From an uncultured delta proteobacterium (GTDB lineage: Bacteria; Desulfobacterota; RBG-13-43-22): 64,000 nucleotides of DNA. The DNA is taken from assembly GCA_963802945.1 (NCBI GenBank), contig CAWDKY010000033.1, forward strand, positions 32,001-96,000, written 5' to 3'. The notes below the pieces were generated by a model. That model was not told the DNA's origin. It saw only the letters and a list, made by a program, of their open reading frames with translations, and searched no databases. Positions 52,194 through 64,000 of the stretch are shown here, one piece after another; the stretch's first letter is position 1; each line of letters begins with the position of its first letter. A program made the translations under genes and the position numbers.

Positions 52194-52412
52194 GTACCTT
52201 TTTGTGACCAGAAAGAGATAAACTATATTGGATTAATAAACAGATGTCAACCCAGAACAACAAAACCGGTTTCCATTAAATTCAAATTTCGAAATCCTTC
52301 ATGTCGCCACGGAAGAAACAAATTAGATTTGTTTTGAATTTGATTTGCCCGATTCGTTCTTCGTTTTTAAATTTCGCACCTCATATCAAAACCAAGAATT
52401 AAAAATAACCCT

Positions 52413-54155
52413 CTATTCCACAAAGGACTTCAATCGTTTGCTTCGGCTGGGGTGACGTAATTTCCTTAAGGCCTTGGCTTCGATTTGCCGGATCCGTTCA
52501 CGGGTGACATCAAAATCGCGGCCCACTTCTTCGAGAGTATGGTCGGCCCTTTCCCCGATACCGAACCGCATGCGCAGGACCTTTTCTTCCCGCGGAGTTA
52601 AGGTGGACAAAACCCGCTGAGTCTGCTCGGACAGATTCAAACGAATCACGGCCTCGGAAGGAGATAAAATCTTCTTATCTTCGATAAAGTCCCGAAGATG
52701 GCTGTCTTCCTCTTCCCCGATCGGGGTCTCCAAAGAAATAGGTTCCTTGGCGATCTTCAAGACCTTTCGAACCTTGTCCAAAGGGAACTCCATACGATCG
52801 GCAATTTCCTCGGGCGTTGGTTCCCGCCCCAATTCCTGGACCAGATATCTCGCCGTCCGTATCAATTTATTGATGGTTTCGATCATGTGAACCGGAATGC
52901 GGATGGTGCGGGCCTGATCGGCAATGGCCCGGGTAATGGCCTGCCGGACCCACCAGGTAGCATAAGTACTGAATTTATAACCCCGTTGATACTCGAATTT
53001 ATCAACGGCCTTCATCAACCCGATATTCCCTTCCTGGATCAAGTCCAAAAATTGCAGACCCCGATTGGTATATTTTTTAGCAATACTGACCACCAGCCGC
53101 AGGTTAGCCTCAATTAATTCGGCCTTGGCATCCCGGGCCTTGATTTCTCCCTCATCCACTTGTTTAATAATTCGCTTGAGGGCTTTGGAAGTCATCTTGG
53201 ATTCCTGCTCAACCCTTCGTATCTTCCGTTCTCCATTTCGAATCTTCTTATCGATCTCCAACAGACTATCTTTATGAAGACCGGTTTGGCGGGTCAGAGA
53301 CCTGGCCTGGCCGTCATTTTTTAGCTTGCGAAGGGCCTTTTTTAGATCCTGTAAGGGGAGACGGGTTTTCCTGGCGCAATCTTCAATTTCCCTTTCCCCT
53401 TTTTCAATTCGATCTGTAAATCCCTTCAGTCTATTGATAATACGATCAATCTGCCGCTTATCCAAACGAAGCTCTTTAAGCCGTTCCACGATCAACAATT
53501 TATTATCTTCAATTTTATCTCGAATCTTCTTTTTACGGGGAAGCTGGAGATCATGACTTAGTTTGTCTTGAAGTTTTCTGTTCTTTTCATAAAGTTCTGC
53601 CACCTCAGCAAAAAGCTGAAGGACCTTTTTTCGATGGGCTTCGGTTTCAACAAAAGGATCCTCATCATCCATGTCTCGAACGATTTCTCTGAGCTTGATC
53701 ACCCCTTGTTGAAACTTTTCGCCCAGTAAAAGGATTTCCTTGATCCCCACCGGCGATTCCAGTAGGGCGTCAATAATTTCGTGTTTCCCTTCTTCGATTC
53801 TTTTGGCGATCTCGACCTCGCCCTCACGGGTAAGCAAGGAATAAAAACCCATTTCCTTGAGATACATCTTGACCGGATCGTTGATTTTAATACCGATCTC
53901 CGGCCCCCATTTCAGTTCTTCTTCCTCTTCTTCGATATGATCTTCATCGGTCTTCTCTTTGGCCCTAATTCGAGGTGCCCCTTCTAAAACCTGAATATCC
54001 GTTTCGTCAAACAAGTAGATCATATCGTCGATCTGTTCGGTCCCGACCAGTTCGGGTGGAAGGGTTTCTTCGGTCTCCTCCAGATCCAAAAACTCCTTTT
54101 CTTTGTTCAGGGAAATCATTTTATTGAGTTCATCCATAGTGCTTTCTTTGGCCAT
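52413..54155 (-). CDS. rpoD: RNA polymerase primary sigma factor
   Basis: [43 protein letters not shown]. Confidence 0.98.
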   Translation of the reverse strand: MAKESTMDELNKMISLNKEKEFLDLEETEETLPPELVGTEQIDDMIYLFDETDIQVLEGAPRIRAKEKTDEDHIEEEEEELKWGPEIGIKINDPVKMYLKEMGFYSLLTREGEVEIAKRIEEGKHEIIDALLESPVGIKEILLLGEKFQQGVIKLREIVRDMDDEDPFVETEAHRKKVLQLFAEVAELYEKNRKLQDKLSHDLQLPRKKKIRDKIEDNKLLIVERLKELRLDKRQIDRIINRLKGFTDRIEKGEREIEDCARKTRLPLQDLKKALRKLKNDGQARSLTRQTGLHKDSLLEIDKKIRNGERKIRRVEQESKMTSKALKRIIKQVDEGEIKARDAKAELIEANLRLVVSIAKKYTNRGLQFLDLIQEGNIGLMKAVDKFEYQRGYKFSTYATWWVRQAITRAIADQARTIRIPVHMIETINKLIRTARYLVQELGREPTPEEIADRMEFPLDKVRKVLKIAKEPISLETPIGEEEDSHLRDFIEDKKILSPSEAVIRLNLSEQTQRVLSTLTPREEKVLRMRFGIGERADHTLEEVGRDFDVTRERIRQIEAKALRKLRHPSRSKRLKSFVE

Positions 54156-54165
54156 AAGTTCTCCT

Positions 54166-55959
54166 TTATCCTTTTGAGGAAACAAGGATTCCTTTTCTCC
54201 TTTGGAGTAAGTCTTTTTTCAAAACCAACAGGGACCTCAACTCTTCAGTAATCCCTGCCTTTTCCTTGGACCGGATCTCCCGGTAAAGGGCTTTCTCTTG
54301 CTGTTGTAACTGCCTTAAATGAATCCGTTTGATCAGGTCGGATAAAAAGGCTTCTTCGTCTTTTTGATCCACAAAGGCCTGGATGGCCAGGGCTGTAACC
54401 CGGTTTTTCAAAACCTGATCTTCGAGTTGATTGACCAAAAGACCGGGATTAACTTCACCCTGTTGTTGATAGGTTGCTTTGATGGTTTCATAGATGGCTC
54501 TGGCCTCCGGCGATTCAAAACAATCCCCTTGATCTTCATTCAAAAGCAAATGGGCGGCCTGAGGGATCCGCATGATAGCTTCTATCATATGCCACTCCAG
54601 GCCAGGGACCTGTTCCGACTTTACTGGATTTTGAACCTGGTCAGACCCTTTTTGCGGCCTCTTTGAAACCTTCAAGGATCTCCAGAGGACCGATTCTGGG
54701 ATTTTTAATTTATCGCTCACCAGACCGACATAATAAGCCCGTTCCACCTCCGAATTCAGGGCCTTCAAATGAGGCACCAAACGCGCCACCATTCGGGCTT
54801 GATCCTGGACCTGAGGCCTGACCTCTTTCATTTGCTGATTAAAAAAGAAGGTCATCATGGGCTCGGCCTGTTCGAGATCGGCGGTAAATCTGTCCGGCCC
54901 TACCTGAAAGAGGTAACTGTCCGGATCGGTATTGAGGGGCAGGACCTTGATCCTGGCTGAAACTCCTTCCTGTTGAAAAAGAAGGACGCTCCTCAAAGCC
55001 GCTTGGATACCTGGAAGATCTCCGTCAAAAAGAAGGATCAGATCCTCAGCCATTCCCTTTAATTTTCGAATCTGAAAAGAGCCCAAGGCGGTTCCCAGGG
55101 TAGCTACGGCCTGCTTAAACCCATGCAGGTGTAAAGATAATAAATCAAAATAACCTTCCACGATCACCGCTTGATTAAGCCGGCGAATCGTGGAGGCTGC
55201 CTGCGGCAGTCCGTAAAGGACACGTCCTTTATTAAAGATTGCCGATTCGGGAGAATTCAGATACTTGGGGGTTTCCTCACCCAAGGCCCGGCCCCCAAAC
55301 CCAATGATTCTTTTCTGTTCGTCAAAAATCGGGAAGATGAGCCGGTTTCTGAATCGATCATAATGACCGCCCTTCTCCTTTTTGATGACCAGACCCGATT
55401 GTTCCAAAAGGGAAATAGGGATTTTTTTCTGGTTCAAGAAAGAGGCCAGCCGATCCCATCCTTCCGGAGAATACCCCAGGAAAAATTCCTCGGCCAACTT
55501 ACTGTTCATCTTTCGGAATTTAAGATATTCTCGGCCTTTTTGTCCGATTTTCTCTTTCATCAAAAGATGATGGTAAAATTCTGCCGCCTGGATATGGAGG
55601 CCACGCAACTCTTCTTTGATGCTTCGCCCGGCCTCGGATGGTCGTCCCAAGGTGGTCTTGGGCAAGGAGATCCCCAGCCGCTCGGCCAGTTCGCTCACGG
55701 CTTCGGGGAAGGTCAGATGGTGATAGTGCATGAAAAAGGTGAAGACATTTCCTCCCAGGCCGCACCCGAAACAGTGGAAAATCTGTTTCTCTTCATTAAC
55801 CATGAAGGAAGGGGTCTTTTCCGGATGGAAAGGGCATAAGCCTTGAAAATTTCGCCCCGTCTTTTTTAAAGCAACAACCTCAGAAATAATGCTCACCAGG
55901 TTGACGGCATCTTTGATTTGGGCAATAAACGATTCAGGGAAAAAAGAAGTCTTAGACAT
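54166..55959 (-). CDS. dnaG: DNA primase
   Basis: [36 protein letters not shown]. Confidence 0.97.
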   Translation of the reverse strand: MSKTSFFPESFIAQIKDAVNLVSIISEVVALKKTGRNFQGLCPFHPEKTPSFMVNEEKQIFHCFGCGLGGNVFTFFMHYHHLTFPEAVSELAERLGISLPKTTLGRPSEAGRSIKEELRGLHIQAAEFYHHLLMKEKIGQKGREYLKFRKMNSKLAEEFFLGYSPEGWDRLASFLNQKKIPISLLEQSGLVIKKEKGGHYDRFRNRLIFPIFDEQKRIIGFGGRALGEETPKYLNSPESAIFNKGRVLYGLPQAASTIRRLNQAVIVEGYFDLLSLHLHGFKQAVATLGTALGSFQIRKLKGMAEDLILLFDGDLPGIQAALRSVLLFQQEGVSARIKVLPLNTDPDSYLFQVGPDRFTADLEQAEPMMTFFFNQQMKEVRPQVQDQARMVARLVPHLKALNSEVERAYYVGLVSDKLKIPESVLWRSLKVSKRPQKGSDQVQNPVKSEQVPGLEWHMIEAIMRIPQAAHLLLNEDQGDCFESPEARAIYETIKATYQQQGEVNPGLLVNQLEDQVLKNRVTALAIQAFVDQKDEEAFLSDLIKRIHLRQLQQQEKALYREIRSKEKAGITEELRSLLVLKKDLLQRRKGILVSSKG

Positions 55960-56042
55960 TGGCTTGGTTCCAGTAAAATGAAGATTCCCCGGCCGCCGAC
56001 AGCGGGCAGGGAATCTTAACTCTCAAGGAAGGATTTTTTCTC

Positions 56043-56501
56043 CTATTCGGAGGAAAGTTTTTGTTTGACAATAGATTGAATCGTTTGCCCTTCTGCTCGA
56101 CCGGCCAGTCGGGCTACGGTCGCTTTCATCACCTTGCCCATATCTTTTATCCCGCCGGCCTTGAGCTCCAGGATGATTTGATCGACAATCTCCTCTATCT
56201 CTGAAGGAGTGGCCTGGGCAGGAAGAAATCCAGAAAAGATTTTTATTTCGGCCTTCTCCTTTTCCGACAGATCCAGCCGCCCGCCTTTTTCAAACTGTTC
56301 AATGGCCTCTTTCCCCTGTCTTATTAATCCCCTAATAACAGAGAGAATTTCTGGATCTTCCAGTTTCCCGCGGCGTTCGACCTCTTTATTTTTTAACGCC
56401 GATCGAAGCATCCGCAAGGCTGAAAGCCTAGGTTTGTCTTGGGTCTTTAAGGCTGTCTTGAACTGTTCTTCGATTTCTGGCATCAAGCTCATGATCATCA
56501 A
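56043..56501 (-). CDS. GatB/YqeY domain protein
   Basis: EQFEKGGRLDL..KDMGKVM. Confidence 0.92.
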   Translation of the reverse strand: MMIMSLMPEIEEQFKTALKTQDKPRLSALRMLRSALKNKEVERRGKLEDPEILSVIRGLIRQGKEAIEQFEKGGRLDLSEKEKAEIKIFSGFLPAQATPSEIEEIVDQIILELKAGGIKDMGKVMKATVARLAGRAEGQTIQSIVKQKLSSE

Positions 56502-56552
56502 ATCCGGGGAAATATGTTTAATTGTAAAAATATAATCAGTAATTCGGCAATG

Positions 56553-57308
56553 TCAAGAAAAAATACTTGCCTGCTGAGGCGTGTTTTTTTTAAGCCAATC
56601 TATGGCTTCGGCAAGGATCAAAGAGCCGCTGTAGATAGCCCGGCCGGTGATCATTCCCGCTAGGCCGTCAGCTCCCAAAGGAGCCAAGTTTTGAACATCG
56701 GCCAACGTGGCAATACCTCCGGCCGCAATCACTGGAAGGCGGGTGGCTTGGGCCAATCGGCGAGTTGAAGAGATGGATGGGCCTTGCTGGGTTCCATCCC
56801 GGGAAATATCCGTGAAAATGATGGCCTTGACTCCCCAGTCTTCATAGGTTTTGACCAGATCAACAGGATCGATTTCAGAAAGCTCGGTCCAGCCTTCTAC
56901 GGCGATTCGATTATCCCGGGCATCCAGGCTGACCATGATCTGATCCGGGAAGAGTCGGCAGGCTTCCCGAACCATCGAGGGATCTTTTAAAGCCGCAGTC
57001 CCTATAATAACCTGGGCCAATCCCAAAGACAGATACTGTTCCACGGTTTGCAGATCTCTGATGCCTCCACCAAGCTGGATCGGTGTTGGTATGGTTTTAA
57101 CGATCTCCTTGATGATGGAACTATTCCGGGGTCCTTTTTCAAAGGCCCCATCCAGATCAATAATATGAAGACGTTCGGCCCCCTGTTGAATCCATTGCCG
57201 GGCCATATCCTGGGGACGGTCTGAAAAAACGGTCTCGGCATCGGCTCGTCCTTCCCGAAGCCGGACACACCGGCCGCCTTTAATATCCACTGCGGGTATA
57301 ATGATCAT
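56553..57308 (-). CDS. hisA: ProFAR isomerase
   Basis: IIPAVDIKGGRCVRL, GGGIR, TDISRDG. Confidence 0.97.
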   Translation of the reverse strand: MIIIPAVDIKGGRCVRLREGRADAETVFSDRPQDMARQWIQQGAERLHIIDLDGAFEKGPRNSSIIKEIVKTIPTPIQLGGGIRDLQTVEQYLSLGLAQVIIGTAALKDPSMVREACRLFPDQIMVSLDARDNRIAVEGWTELSEIDPVDLVKTYEDWGVKAIIFTDISRDGTQQGPSISSTRRLAQATRLPVIAAGGIATLADVQNLAPLGADGLAGMITGRAIYSGSLILAEAIDWLKKNTPQQASIFS

Positions 57309-57433
57309 AAATAAAACAATTCGAGGTTTATGAATTCACTGTTCAAAGTTAAATTTCTAGGTTCAGGGTATAAGTGTTGGGAGGTTAAATAATTATTATA
57401 GATTTTTCAACTTTGAACTTTGAACCTTGAACT

Positions 57434-58099
57434 TTATTCCTTCCGAAGTGTTTCAGCGGACGGAAAATCTTTCAACATGTCCATCAATCCCTGGCGGGAA
57501 AGTTCCTTAACCGTAACCCAGCGCATTTTACTTTTAATGAAGGATTTCATTTCAAAAAGATTTTCACTGAGGGATTTTTGAGTCTGTGCCCACTGGGCCT
57601 TCCAGACCAGGTTGCCATCTTGAACTTTTAAAAGATGGAGGTCCATGGCTATCGAGGCCGGTTGTTGAACCCCATAGGCTGTTCCTTTTCTTTCTTGATA
57701 GTGAAAGACGGTCCCCCAAAGCACATAATCCGCTTTCATCTGGATGCCTATGGCTTTCATTAAAATTAAGGGGTTTTTCTCGATCCCCTTGGCCAGCAAG
57801 GTATTGTAAACCCCCTCCACCTGGCCTGGAGGGATTAATTCAAAGCCTTTCCCCTTTTCCTGAATGAATTCCCATAGCAGATCGATCAGGGTGGAAGCCG
57901 GATCCTCTTCAATGGGTCCACTTTCCATGATATTTCCGCAAGATCGGCAGCGGATAACTTCTTTCCCGTAGCCGTGTTCCACTTCAAACGGCGCAACAGC
58001 CAAGCGCACTTCTGCCAAGGAGCAATTCACCAGTATAATAAACAACACCCCTATCGCCAACATCAGCAACAAGGACACTTTTTTTATTTTTTGTTTCAT
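57434..58099 (-). CDS. Exported hypothetical protein with CxxC
   Basis: N-terminal signal, RCRSCG, ADYVLWGTV..PASIA; start overlaps the hisB stop. Confidence 0.8.
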   Translation of the reverse strand: MKQKIKKVSLLLMLAIGVLFIILVNCSLAEVRLAVAPFEVEHGYGKEVIRCRSCGNIMESGPIEEDPASTLIDLLWEFIQEKGKGFELIPPGQVEGVYNTLLAKGIEKNPLILMKAIGIQMKADYVLWGTVFHYQERKGTAYGVQQPASIAMDLHLLKVQDGNLVWKAQWAQTQKSLSENLFEMKSFIKSKMRWVTVKELSRQGLMDMLKDFPSAETLRKE

Positions 58100-58701
58100 T
58101 AGAGTATCCCCTTGGTCGAACGTACCGTTTTCAAACCCACCTCAACACGACTGGCCTCAGCCATAGCCTGCCCAAAGCCTTTAAACATGGCTTCAATGAT
58201 ATGGTGAACATTTTCTCCGTCCAAAACCCTCAGATGCAGAGTGAAGCCGCCCCGATTGACCAAGGCCTGAAAAAATTCCTTGATCAAGGCCGTATCAAAG
58301 CCTTCCACCCGGACCTTGCGTGGTTTCCAGCCATAGGAAAGCTTGGGGCGCCGGGAAATGTCAACAGCCACCAGAACCAGGGCCTCATCCATGGGGAGAA
58401 GGGAACTCCCGTATCGTTTAAGCCCCTTTAAATCTCCCCAGCACCTTTTGAAAGCATCTCCCAGACAAATGCCGATATCTTCCACCGTATGATGAAAACC
58501 CACCTCTATGTCCCCCTGGGCTTTCAGATCAAGGTCTAAAGATCCATGATGGGCCATCAGCTCCAGCATATGATTCAGGAAAGGAACCGGAGATTCTATG
58601 CGGCTTTTTCCCTTTCCATCTAGAGACATTTTCAGCCGGATTTGGGTCTCCCGGGTCTCTCTGTTCACCTCCGCGCTTCGTCGTTTTGTAGCCTTTGGCA
58701 T
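58099..58701 (-). CDS. hisB: Imidazoleglycerol-phosphate dehydratase
   Basis: RETRETQI, HHTVED, PMDEAL, HHIIEAMFK. Confidence 0.96.
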   Translation of the reverse strand: MPKATKRRSAEVNRETRETQIRLKMSLDGKGKSRIESPVPFLNHMLELMAHHGSLDLDLKAQGDIEVGFHHTVEDIGICLGDAFKRCWGDLKGLKRYGSSLLPMDEALVLVAVDISRRPKLSYGWKPRKVRVEGFDTALIKEFFQALVNRGGFTLHLRVLDGENVHHIIEAMFKGFGQAMAEASRVEVGLKTVRSTKGIL

Positions 58702-58824
58702 TAGATTTCAGCTTTCAAGTTACAAGATTTTAACTTCAAGTTTAACATATATTAATAGCCTTAACTAATTTTAATTTTTAACCTTTCTCATCTCATCCAT
58801 GGCTTACTTTTTTGCCTGTTATTT

Positions 58825-58900
58825 TGGTGGAGATGGGGGGGATCGAACCCCCGACCTGTACGTTGCGAACGTACCGCTCTCCCATCTGAGCTACATCCCC
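58825..58900 (-). tRNA. tRNA-Ala (CGC)
   Basis: GGGGATGTAGCTCAG...TTCGCAA...TCCACCA, with the G3-U70 pair. Confidence 0.95.
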
Positions 58901-58986
58901 ACAATGACCCGAAAGGATTCAAGGAGCCAAGTCTCGCCAACGGCGGGCTTGGGCCCTATCTCCTAAAACCACTATATCAAAAAAAT

Positions 58987-59015
58987 TTGACAACTCATTA
59001 ATAAAAATATATTAT
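58987..59015 (+). promoter_or_regulatory. rpsT promoter
   Basis: TTGACA-N17-TATTAT. Confidence 0.6.
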
Positions 59016-59045
59016 TGATTATACTTTTTTAATGAGGAGGTTTCT

Positions 59046-59330
59046 TTGGCTAATCATCCCTCGGCCCTTAAAAGGGCTAAACAAAACAAGGTTCGCCGTT
59101 TTCGAAATGCGAGCCAGAAATCAAAAATAAAGACAACGGTTAAAAAGTACCTTCAAACCCTGGAAGCTTCATCCCAAGAACCAGCATCTCCGGCCCTGAT
59201 TCAGGCTGTTTCTTTGATTGGCCGCGCCGGTTCCAAAGGCATTTTACACCAGCGAACAGCCTCCCGAAAAATTTCCAGACTTTCAAAAAAACTCAATAAA
59301 ATTTCCAGACAACCAACTGCCCAAGCCTAA
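59046..59330 (+). CDS. rpsT: 30S ribosomal protein S20
   Basis: MANHPSALKR..KGILH..ASRKISRL; TTG start with GAGGAGG RBS. Confidence 0.96.
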   Translation: MANHPSALKRAKQNKVRRFRNASQKSKIKTTVKKYLQTLEASSQEPASPALIQAVSLIGRAGSKGILHQRTASRKISRLSKKLNKISRQPTAQA

Positions 59331-59857
59331 AAATCTTCCAGTATCCCATTGTGGATCCGTTCGGAGAGGTCCTGGGCAATTTTCTTAATCGCAGTTTGTT
59401 TGTAACTCTCGGTCTGATTGGGATCGCTGGTAACGTTGTAGATCTCATATCTTGACAATCCCTGATTCTGCCAGAGGATCTTTTTATTATCGGATCGCCG
59501 GCAATTAATCTCCAGGGTAATGGTCACCCTTCTCTGCAAGGCCTGAGTCTGGTTGGTATAAATGACCGGATCTATGGCGGCGGATTTAATTTTTCCAATG
59601 ATCTGGGCCTGAGCCGTTGATTCCGAAACCACCTGCAGGACTCGGCTCCGGTTAAATTCATAAATCAAGGCATTGGCAAAAACAACATCTATCCCCGGTT
59701 CGATGGTTTCATTGATAAAAGGGGGGATGTATACGCCTTTGATATCTGTGGGCAGGTTATTAACGGTCCCTTGAAAACTGTACCCGCATCCAGAAATAAT
59801 AAACAAAACCCCGAGCCCGATAAGTACCCTGAGACTACTTGGACGGATTCTTTTCAC
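59327..59857 (-). CDS. lptE: LPS assembly lipoprotein LptE
   Basis: Lipobox ISGCGY; directly downstream of leuS. Confidence 0.88.
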   Translation of the reverse strand: MKRIRPSSLRVLIGLGVLFIISGCGYSFQGTVNNLPTDIKGVYIPPFINETIEPGIDVVFANALIYEFNRSRVLQVVSESTAQAQIIGKIKSAAIDPVIYTNQTQALQRRVTITLEINCRRSDNKKILWQNQGLSRYEIYNVTSDPNQTESYKQTAIKKIAQDLSERIHNGILEDF

Positions 59858-60030
59858 GGAAAATCTCCTCTTTTAACTAGGTGTTTAGGTTAAAGACTGA
59901 AGGCTGAAGATATTAAACCATCTCGCTAAGCAGAGTCAAGCTGCTGAAGAAAAAATCTGGTTCTGCACTCGTTCAATACTTTTGTTTTGAGGAATTTGCT
60001 AACAACCTTCAGTCTATCCACCTAATATGC

Positions 60031-62523
60031 TTATTTTACAACGATATTGACTAATTTCCTTTGAACCACAATAGTCTTGATCGCCTCTTTTCCCTGAAGC
60101 CATTCCTGGATTCGCGGCTGTTCCAAAGCCATGGCCTTGATTTCTTCATCCGTAACCGAAGGCCTAATCGTAATCCTGGAACGGACCTTGCCGTTGACCT
60201 GGATGACGACTACCTGTTCTTCTTCCTTCAAAGCCTCGGGATCCCATTTCGGCCAGGGTTGATCATGGATGCTCCCCTTTTTTCCCAAGACCTGCCAGAG
60301 TTCCTCACACACATGGGGTACGATAGGCGCAAGGAGGATCAGACCGGTTTCCACAGCCCCGGCCAGCAGAGCATTCTTCATTGGATCCTCCCGCTCTTCG
60401 GCCTGATATAAATACAGGGTATTGACCAATTCCATGACGGCACTGATGGCCGTATTGAAATGAAACCGGTCCTCAACATCTTCCGTAACTTTTTTGATGG
60501 TCTGGTTTAATTTAATATAGAGACTTCGGTCAGGGCCGCTGACGGGAATATTTTTTGGCGAAAGGGATTTCCCTCGTATTTCATCTTGACATTCTAAAAC
60601 CAAATTCCAGAACCGGTGAAGAAAACGGAAAGAACCCTCAACCCCCTGGTCGCTCCATTCCAAATCCCGATCCGGTGGAGAAGCAAAGAGGCAGAAAAGC
60701 CGCACTGTATCGGCCCCATATTTTTGGATCAGTTCATTGGGATCCACGACATTGCCTTTGGATTTGGACATCTTGGACCCATCTTTAATCACCATCCCCT
60801 GGGTAAGCAGGTTGACGAAAGGTTCGTCCACTTTCAACCAACCCATATCCCTGAGGACCTTGGTAAAAAATCGGGCATATAACAGGTGTAGGACCGCATG
60901 TTCAATCCCACCGATATATTGATCCACCGGCATCCAGTAGTCCACCCGGCTTGCATCCAGAGGCCCTTGATGATAATCCGGACAAGCGTAACGGTCGAAA
61001 TACCAGGAGGACTCCACAAAGGTATCCATGGTATCGGTTTCCCGGCGTCCCGGACCATGACACTTGGGGCAGATGGTTTCTATAAATTCTTTAAGCAAAG
61101 GCAGAGGTGATCCTCCGGCAGGAGTGATTTCGGCCTCTAAAGGCAGGAGAACCGGCAGGTCTTCTTCCCGGACCGGTACGATCCCGCACCGGTCGCAATA
61201 AATCATCGGGATGGGCGCACCCCAATACCGTTGTCTGGAAACGCCCCAATCCCGCAAGCGGTATTGAACTTTTTCCCTGCCCTGCCCTTTCTCTTCCAAA
61301 TAACGGGTAATGGCCTTCTTGGCCTCTTCATAGTCCTGTCCATTAAAAGGGCCGGAGTTGACTAATCTCCCCGGTCCCTCATGGGCTTCTTTCATGGTTT
61401 CCGGACTCAAGGGTTCTTGACCCTCCGGCTGAATAACCACTCGAAGCGGTAAACCATACTTGCGGGCAAATTCAAAATCCCGCTGGTCATGGGTGGGTAC
61501 GGCCATCACCGCCCCGGTCCCGTATCCCATGAGAACAAAATTGGCGACAAAGATGGGCATCTCCTCTTGCGTAAGCGGGTTGATGCAATAAGCGCCGGTG
61601 AAAACACCTTCTTTCTCCAAATCAACATCCGAATCTGGACGGCGGTTCAATCCCTGAACCTTTTTCATAAAGGCCTTGACCGGTTCTTCCTGAGCAGTGT
61701 TCCGGCAGAACTCCAGAACCAATGGGTGTTCAACCGCCAAGCTCATGAAGGTGGCGCCGAAAAGGGTATCGGGCCTGGTGGTAAAAACGGTTAATTTCCC
61801 GGACCCATCGGCCAGAGGAAAATCGATTTCAGTCCCGATGCTTTTCCCGATCCAATTGCGCTGCATGGTCAGGACCTTTTCCGGCCACCCCGGCAGTTTC
61901 TCGCACCACGAAAGCAACTCTTCCGCATATTGGGTGATCCGGAAAAACCACTGTTCCAATTCCTTTCCCTGAACCGGATTTTCGCAACGCCAGCATTGCC
62001 CATCTCCCACGACCTGCTCATTGGCCAGAACGGTCTGACATTGGGAACACCAGTTGACCAGAGACTTCCGGCGATAGATCAGACCTTTGTCCCACATTTT
62101 CAAGAAAAAAAGCTGCTCCCATTTATAATACTCGGGATCACAGGTGGCCAGTTCGCGGTCCCAGTCGTAACTGAATCCCAATCGTTTCAACTGGGCCCTC
62201 ATGTAGTTGATATTGTCATAGGTCCAGCGGGCCGGATGGATCTTGTTGGCAATGGCCGCATTTTCAGCCGGCATTCCGAAGGCGTCCCAACCCATGGGAT
62301 GTAGAACATTGAACCCTCTCATCCGTTTATAGCGGGCCACCACATCACCGATGGTGTAATTCCGCACATGGCCCATGTGGATCCTCCCCGATGGATAAGG
62401 AAACATCTCCAGGAGATAATATTTTTTCCGTGCCGGATCCTCGACTACCCTGAAGGCCTTATTCTGTTCCCATCGGGCCTGCCATTTGGCCTCGATATTA
62501 TGGGGATTATATTTTTCTTTCAT
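60031..62523 (-). CDS. leuS: Leucine-tRNA ligase
   Basis: [24 protein letters not shown]. Confidence 0.98.
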   Translation of the reverse strand: MKEKYNPHNIEAKWQARWEQNKAFRVVEDPARKKYYLLEMFPYPSGRIHMGHVRNYTIGDVVARYKRMRGFNVLHPMGWDAFGMPAENAAIANKIHPARWTYDNINYMRAQLKRLGFSYDWDRELATCDPEYYKWEQLFFLKMWDKGLIYRRKSLVNWCSQCQTVLANEQVVGDGQCWRCENPVQGKELEQWFFRITQYAEELLSWCEKLPGWPEKVLTMQRNWIGKSIGTEIDFPLADGSGKLTVFTTRPDTLFGATFMSLAVEHPLVLEFCRNTAQEEPVKAFMKKVQGLNRRPDSDVDLEKEGVFTGAYCINPLTQEEMPIFVANFVLMGYGTGAVMAVPTHDQRDFEFARKYGLPLRVVIQPEGQEPLSPETMKEAHEGPGRLVNSGPFNGQDYEEAKKAITRYLEEKGQGREKVQYRLRDWGVSRQRYWGAPIPMIYCDRCGIVPVREEDLPVLLPLEAEITPAGGSPLPLLKEFIETICPKCHGPGRRETDTMDTFVESSWYFDRYACPDYHQGPLDASRVDYWMPVDQYIGGIEHAVLHLLYARFFTKVLRDMGWLKVDEPFVNLLTQGMVIKDGSKMSKSKGNVVDPNELIQKYGADTVRLFCLFASPPDRDLEWSDQGVEGSFRFLHRFWNLVLECQDEIRGKSLSPKNIPVSGPDRSLYIKLNQTIKKVTEDVEDRFHFNTAISAVMELVNTLYLYQAEEREDPMKNALLAGAVETGLILLAPIVPHVCEELWQVLGKKGSIHDQPWPKWDPEALKEEEQVVVIQVNGKVRSRITIRPSVTDEEIKAMALEQPRIQEWLQGKEAIKTIVVQRKLVNIVVK

Positions 62524-62682
62524 AAGTCTATCATCTCGCAAAATCTCGCCAGGTTAAATCGGGGGGGTTCAGAAATCTTTTCCATCCCCACCCCTTTATC
62601 CCTCTCTGAGGGGAGTCCGAGGGAGTAAGGAATTTTCAACCATTGGGATATAAAGCAGAAGGTTTGAATATTTTTCAAACAC

Positions 62683-63132
62683 CTATGATAATTTGGGGGA
62701 CTCTAATTTCTCCATACTTGATTTCCCGGATCGTTCCAAAAAAATACTGTCCAAAATGCCGTTGATAAAGGCACCGGACTCTTCCGTTCCGTATTGTTTT
62801 CCCAGATCAATGGCCTCATTAATGGCTACTCGGGGAGGGATGTCGTCACAATAAACGAGTTCATAAACAGCCATTCTCAAAATATTTCTATCCACTCCGG
62901 ACATCCGCTCTATCCGCCAATTTTCAGCATAATCCTTAATAAGCCGATCAATGGCTTTTTTTTGATCCCAAACCCCATGGACGAGCCTGAAAAAATAAGG
63001 CTGGGATCCTTTCTTGACCGGAAAGTTCTCTAAAAAAACAGCCAAGGACTGCTCAAGAGGATTAGAAGGATTCATCTCCATCAGGAACAAGGCTTGAAGG
63101 GCCGCCTCTCGAGATTTTCTTCGGCTGCCCAT
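62683..63132 (-). CDS. nusB: Transcription antitermination factor NusB
   Basis: [28 protein letters not shown]. Confidence 0.95.
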   Translation of the reverse strand: MGSRRKSREAALQALFLMEMNPSNPLEQSLAVFLENFPVKKGSQPYFFRLVHGVWDQKKAIDRLIKDYAENWRIERMSGVDRNILRMAVYELVYCDDIPPRVAINEAIDLGKQYGTEESGAFINGILDSIFLERSGKSSMEKLESPKLS

Positions 63133-63199
63133 AGACGAGGTTTTAGCAATAAGGGGTAAGGCCGAAGCCTCTCTTGGTCCCATACTGACACTATCAAAA

Positions 63200-63670
63200 C
63201 TATCCCTGAATTTGTTTGAATAAATCCACCATCTCAATCGCGGCTATGGCCGAACTCCATCCTTTGTTGCCAGCCTTCGATCCGGCCCTTTCAATGGCCT
63301 GTTCCAGGGTGTCGGTGGTAATCACCCCAAAAGCCATTGGAGTCCCGGTCTCCAGAGATGCATTGGCGATGCCTTTAGATACTTCGGCACTGACATACTC
63401 AAAATGGGGTGTCGCTCCCCGGATCACCGCCCCAAGACAGATAATGGCATCATATTTTTTTTGCAAAGCCAATTGCTTGGCCACCAGGGGAATTTCAAAA
63501 GCTCCCGGCACTTTAAAAACAGCCACGTCTTTCTCTCTGGCGCCGTTTCGATGCAGGGCATCTAGGGCCCCTCCCACTAAATGTTCGCCGATGAAATCAT
63601 TAAATCGACTCACCACAATGGCGAATTTCATCCCTTCGGCCTGCAATTTTCCCTCAAAAACCCTGGCCAT
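63200..63670 (-). CDS. ribH: 6,7-dimethyl-8-ribityllumazine synthase
   Basis: [24 protein letters not shown]. Confidence 0.97.
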   Translation of the reverse strand: MARVFEGKLQAEGMKFAIVVSRFNDFIGEHLVGGALDALHRNGAREKDVAVFKVPGAFEIPLVAKQLALQKKYDAIICLGAVIRGATPHFEYVSAEVSKGIANASLETGTPMAFGVITTDTLEQAIERAGSKAGNKGWSSAIAAIEMVDLFKQIQG

Positions 63671-63792
63671 AGTATTTCCTCCTTTAAAAATATAGGGTAT
63701 AAGGTTCAAGGTCCAAGGAAAAACCATTTACCTTACACCTTGCACCTTGTACCATTCAGTTAATTGACCCCTTGAATCCTAGAATCCTTAAG

Positions 63793-64000
63793 TTATGATT
63801 TTGTTGACTCTGCGTCACTCGCACCCAAGTTCAACAAGTGACCCATTTTTTGCCGTTTGGTTTTCAAATAATGAATATTCTCTTTCTTAGCAGAAATCTC
63901 AATGGGAACCCGTTCGGTTACTTTAATACCATACCCTTCCAGGCCAATAATCTTTTTGGGGTTATTGGTCATCAACCTCATCTGCCGAATCCCTAAATCT
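63793..64000 (-). CDS. ribBA: GTP cyclohydrolase II (RibA/RibBA), C-terminal part
   Basis: [23 protein letters not shown], upstream of ribH. Confidence 0.9.
   Translation of the reverse strand, partial: DLGIRQMRLMTNNPKKIIGLEGYGIKVTERVPIEISAKKENIHYLKTKRQKMGHLLNLGASDAESTKS

Noticed and set aside
62524-62682. T-box leader before leuS
   Set aside because: No T-box consensus (AAGGTGGTACC-like) is found; only G/C-run repeat remnants.
1-64000. CRISPR array or cas genes
   Set aside because: No regularly spaced 25-45 bp repeats with unique spacers. The recurring ~30-bp motif at 32-42 kb is coding PAS linker sequence spaced hundreds of bases apart.

Overview
Bacterial chromosomal segment (genetic code 11, about 48% GC by eye). 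Gene content and order point to Desulfobacterota/Deltaproteobacteria; this is an inference. Core blocks: tRNA-Leu-secG-tpiA-hppA; paaK-sucCD-queH; crotonases, 4-hydroxybutyryl-CoA dehydratase and thiolase; cysS-ispF-ispD-rnpB-rnhA-Zn-ribbon-Nif3-tRNA-Ile2-rpoD-dnaG-yqeY-hisA-hisB-tRNA-Ala-rpsT-lptE-leuS-nusB-ribH-ribBA. Two accessory zones stand out. (1) At 2.3-5.7 kb, an integron-like array of attC-bounded gene cassettes has no integrase in the window, two copies of an attI-like site, and an inverted-repeat-flanked HUH (Y1/RAYT-like) transposase abutting one copy. (2) At about 27-45.7 kb, a signalling island holds multi-PAS histidine kinases, a UvrY/GacA-like regulator with an exact GacA box nearby, an HD-GYP protein, a direct-repeat-flanked four-helix-bundle/toxin-antitoxin islet, a solitary attC and an IS1182. 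Many intergenic spacers carry inverted tandem 7-9-mer arrays like those flanking the four-helix-bundle gene, plus MITE/REP-like palindromes. Single-base frameshifts in normally conserved genes (hppA, paaK, ispD, rnhA) suggest consensus errors, so pseudogene calls are tentative.
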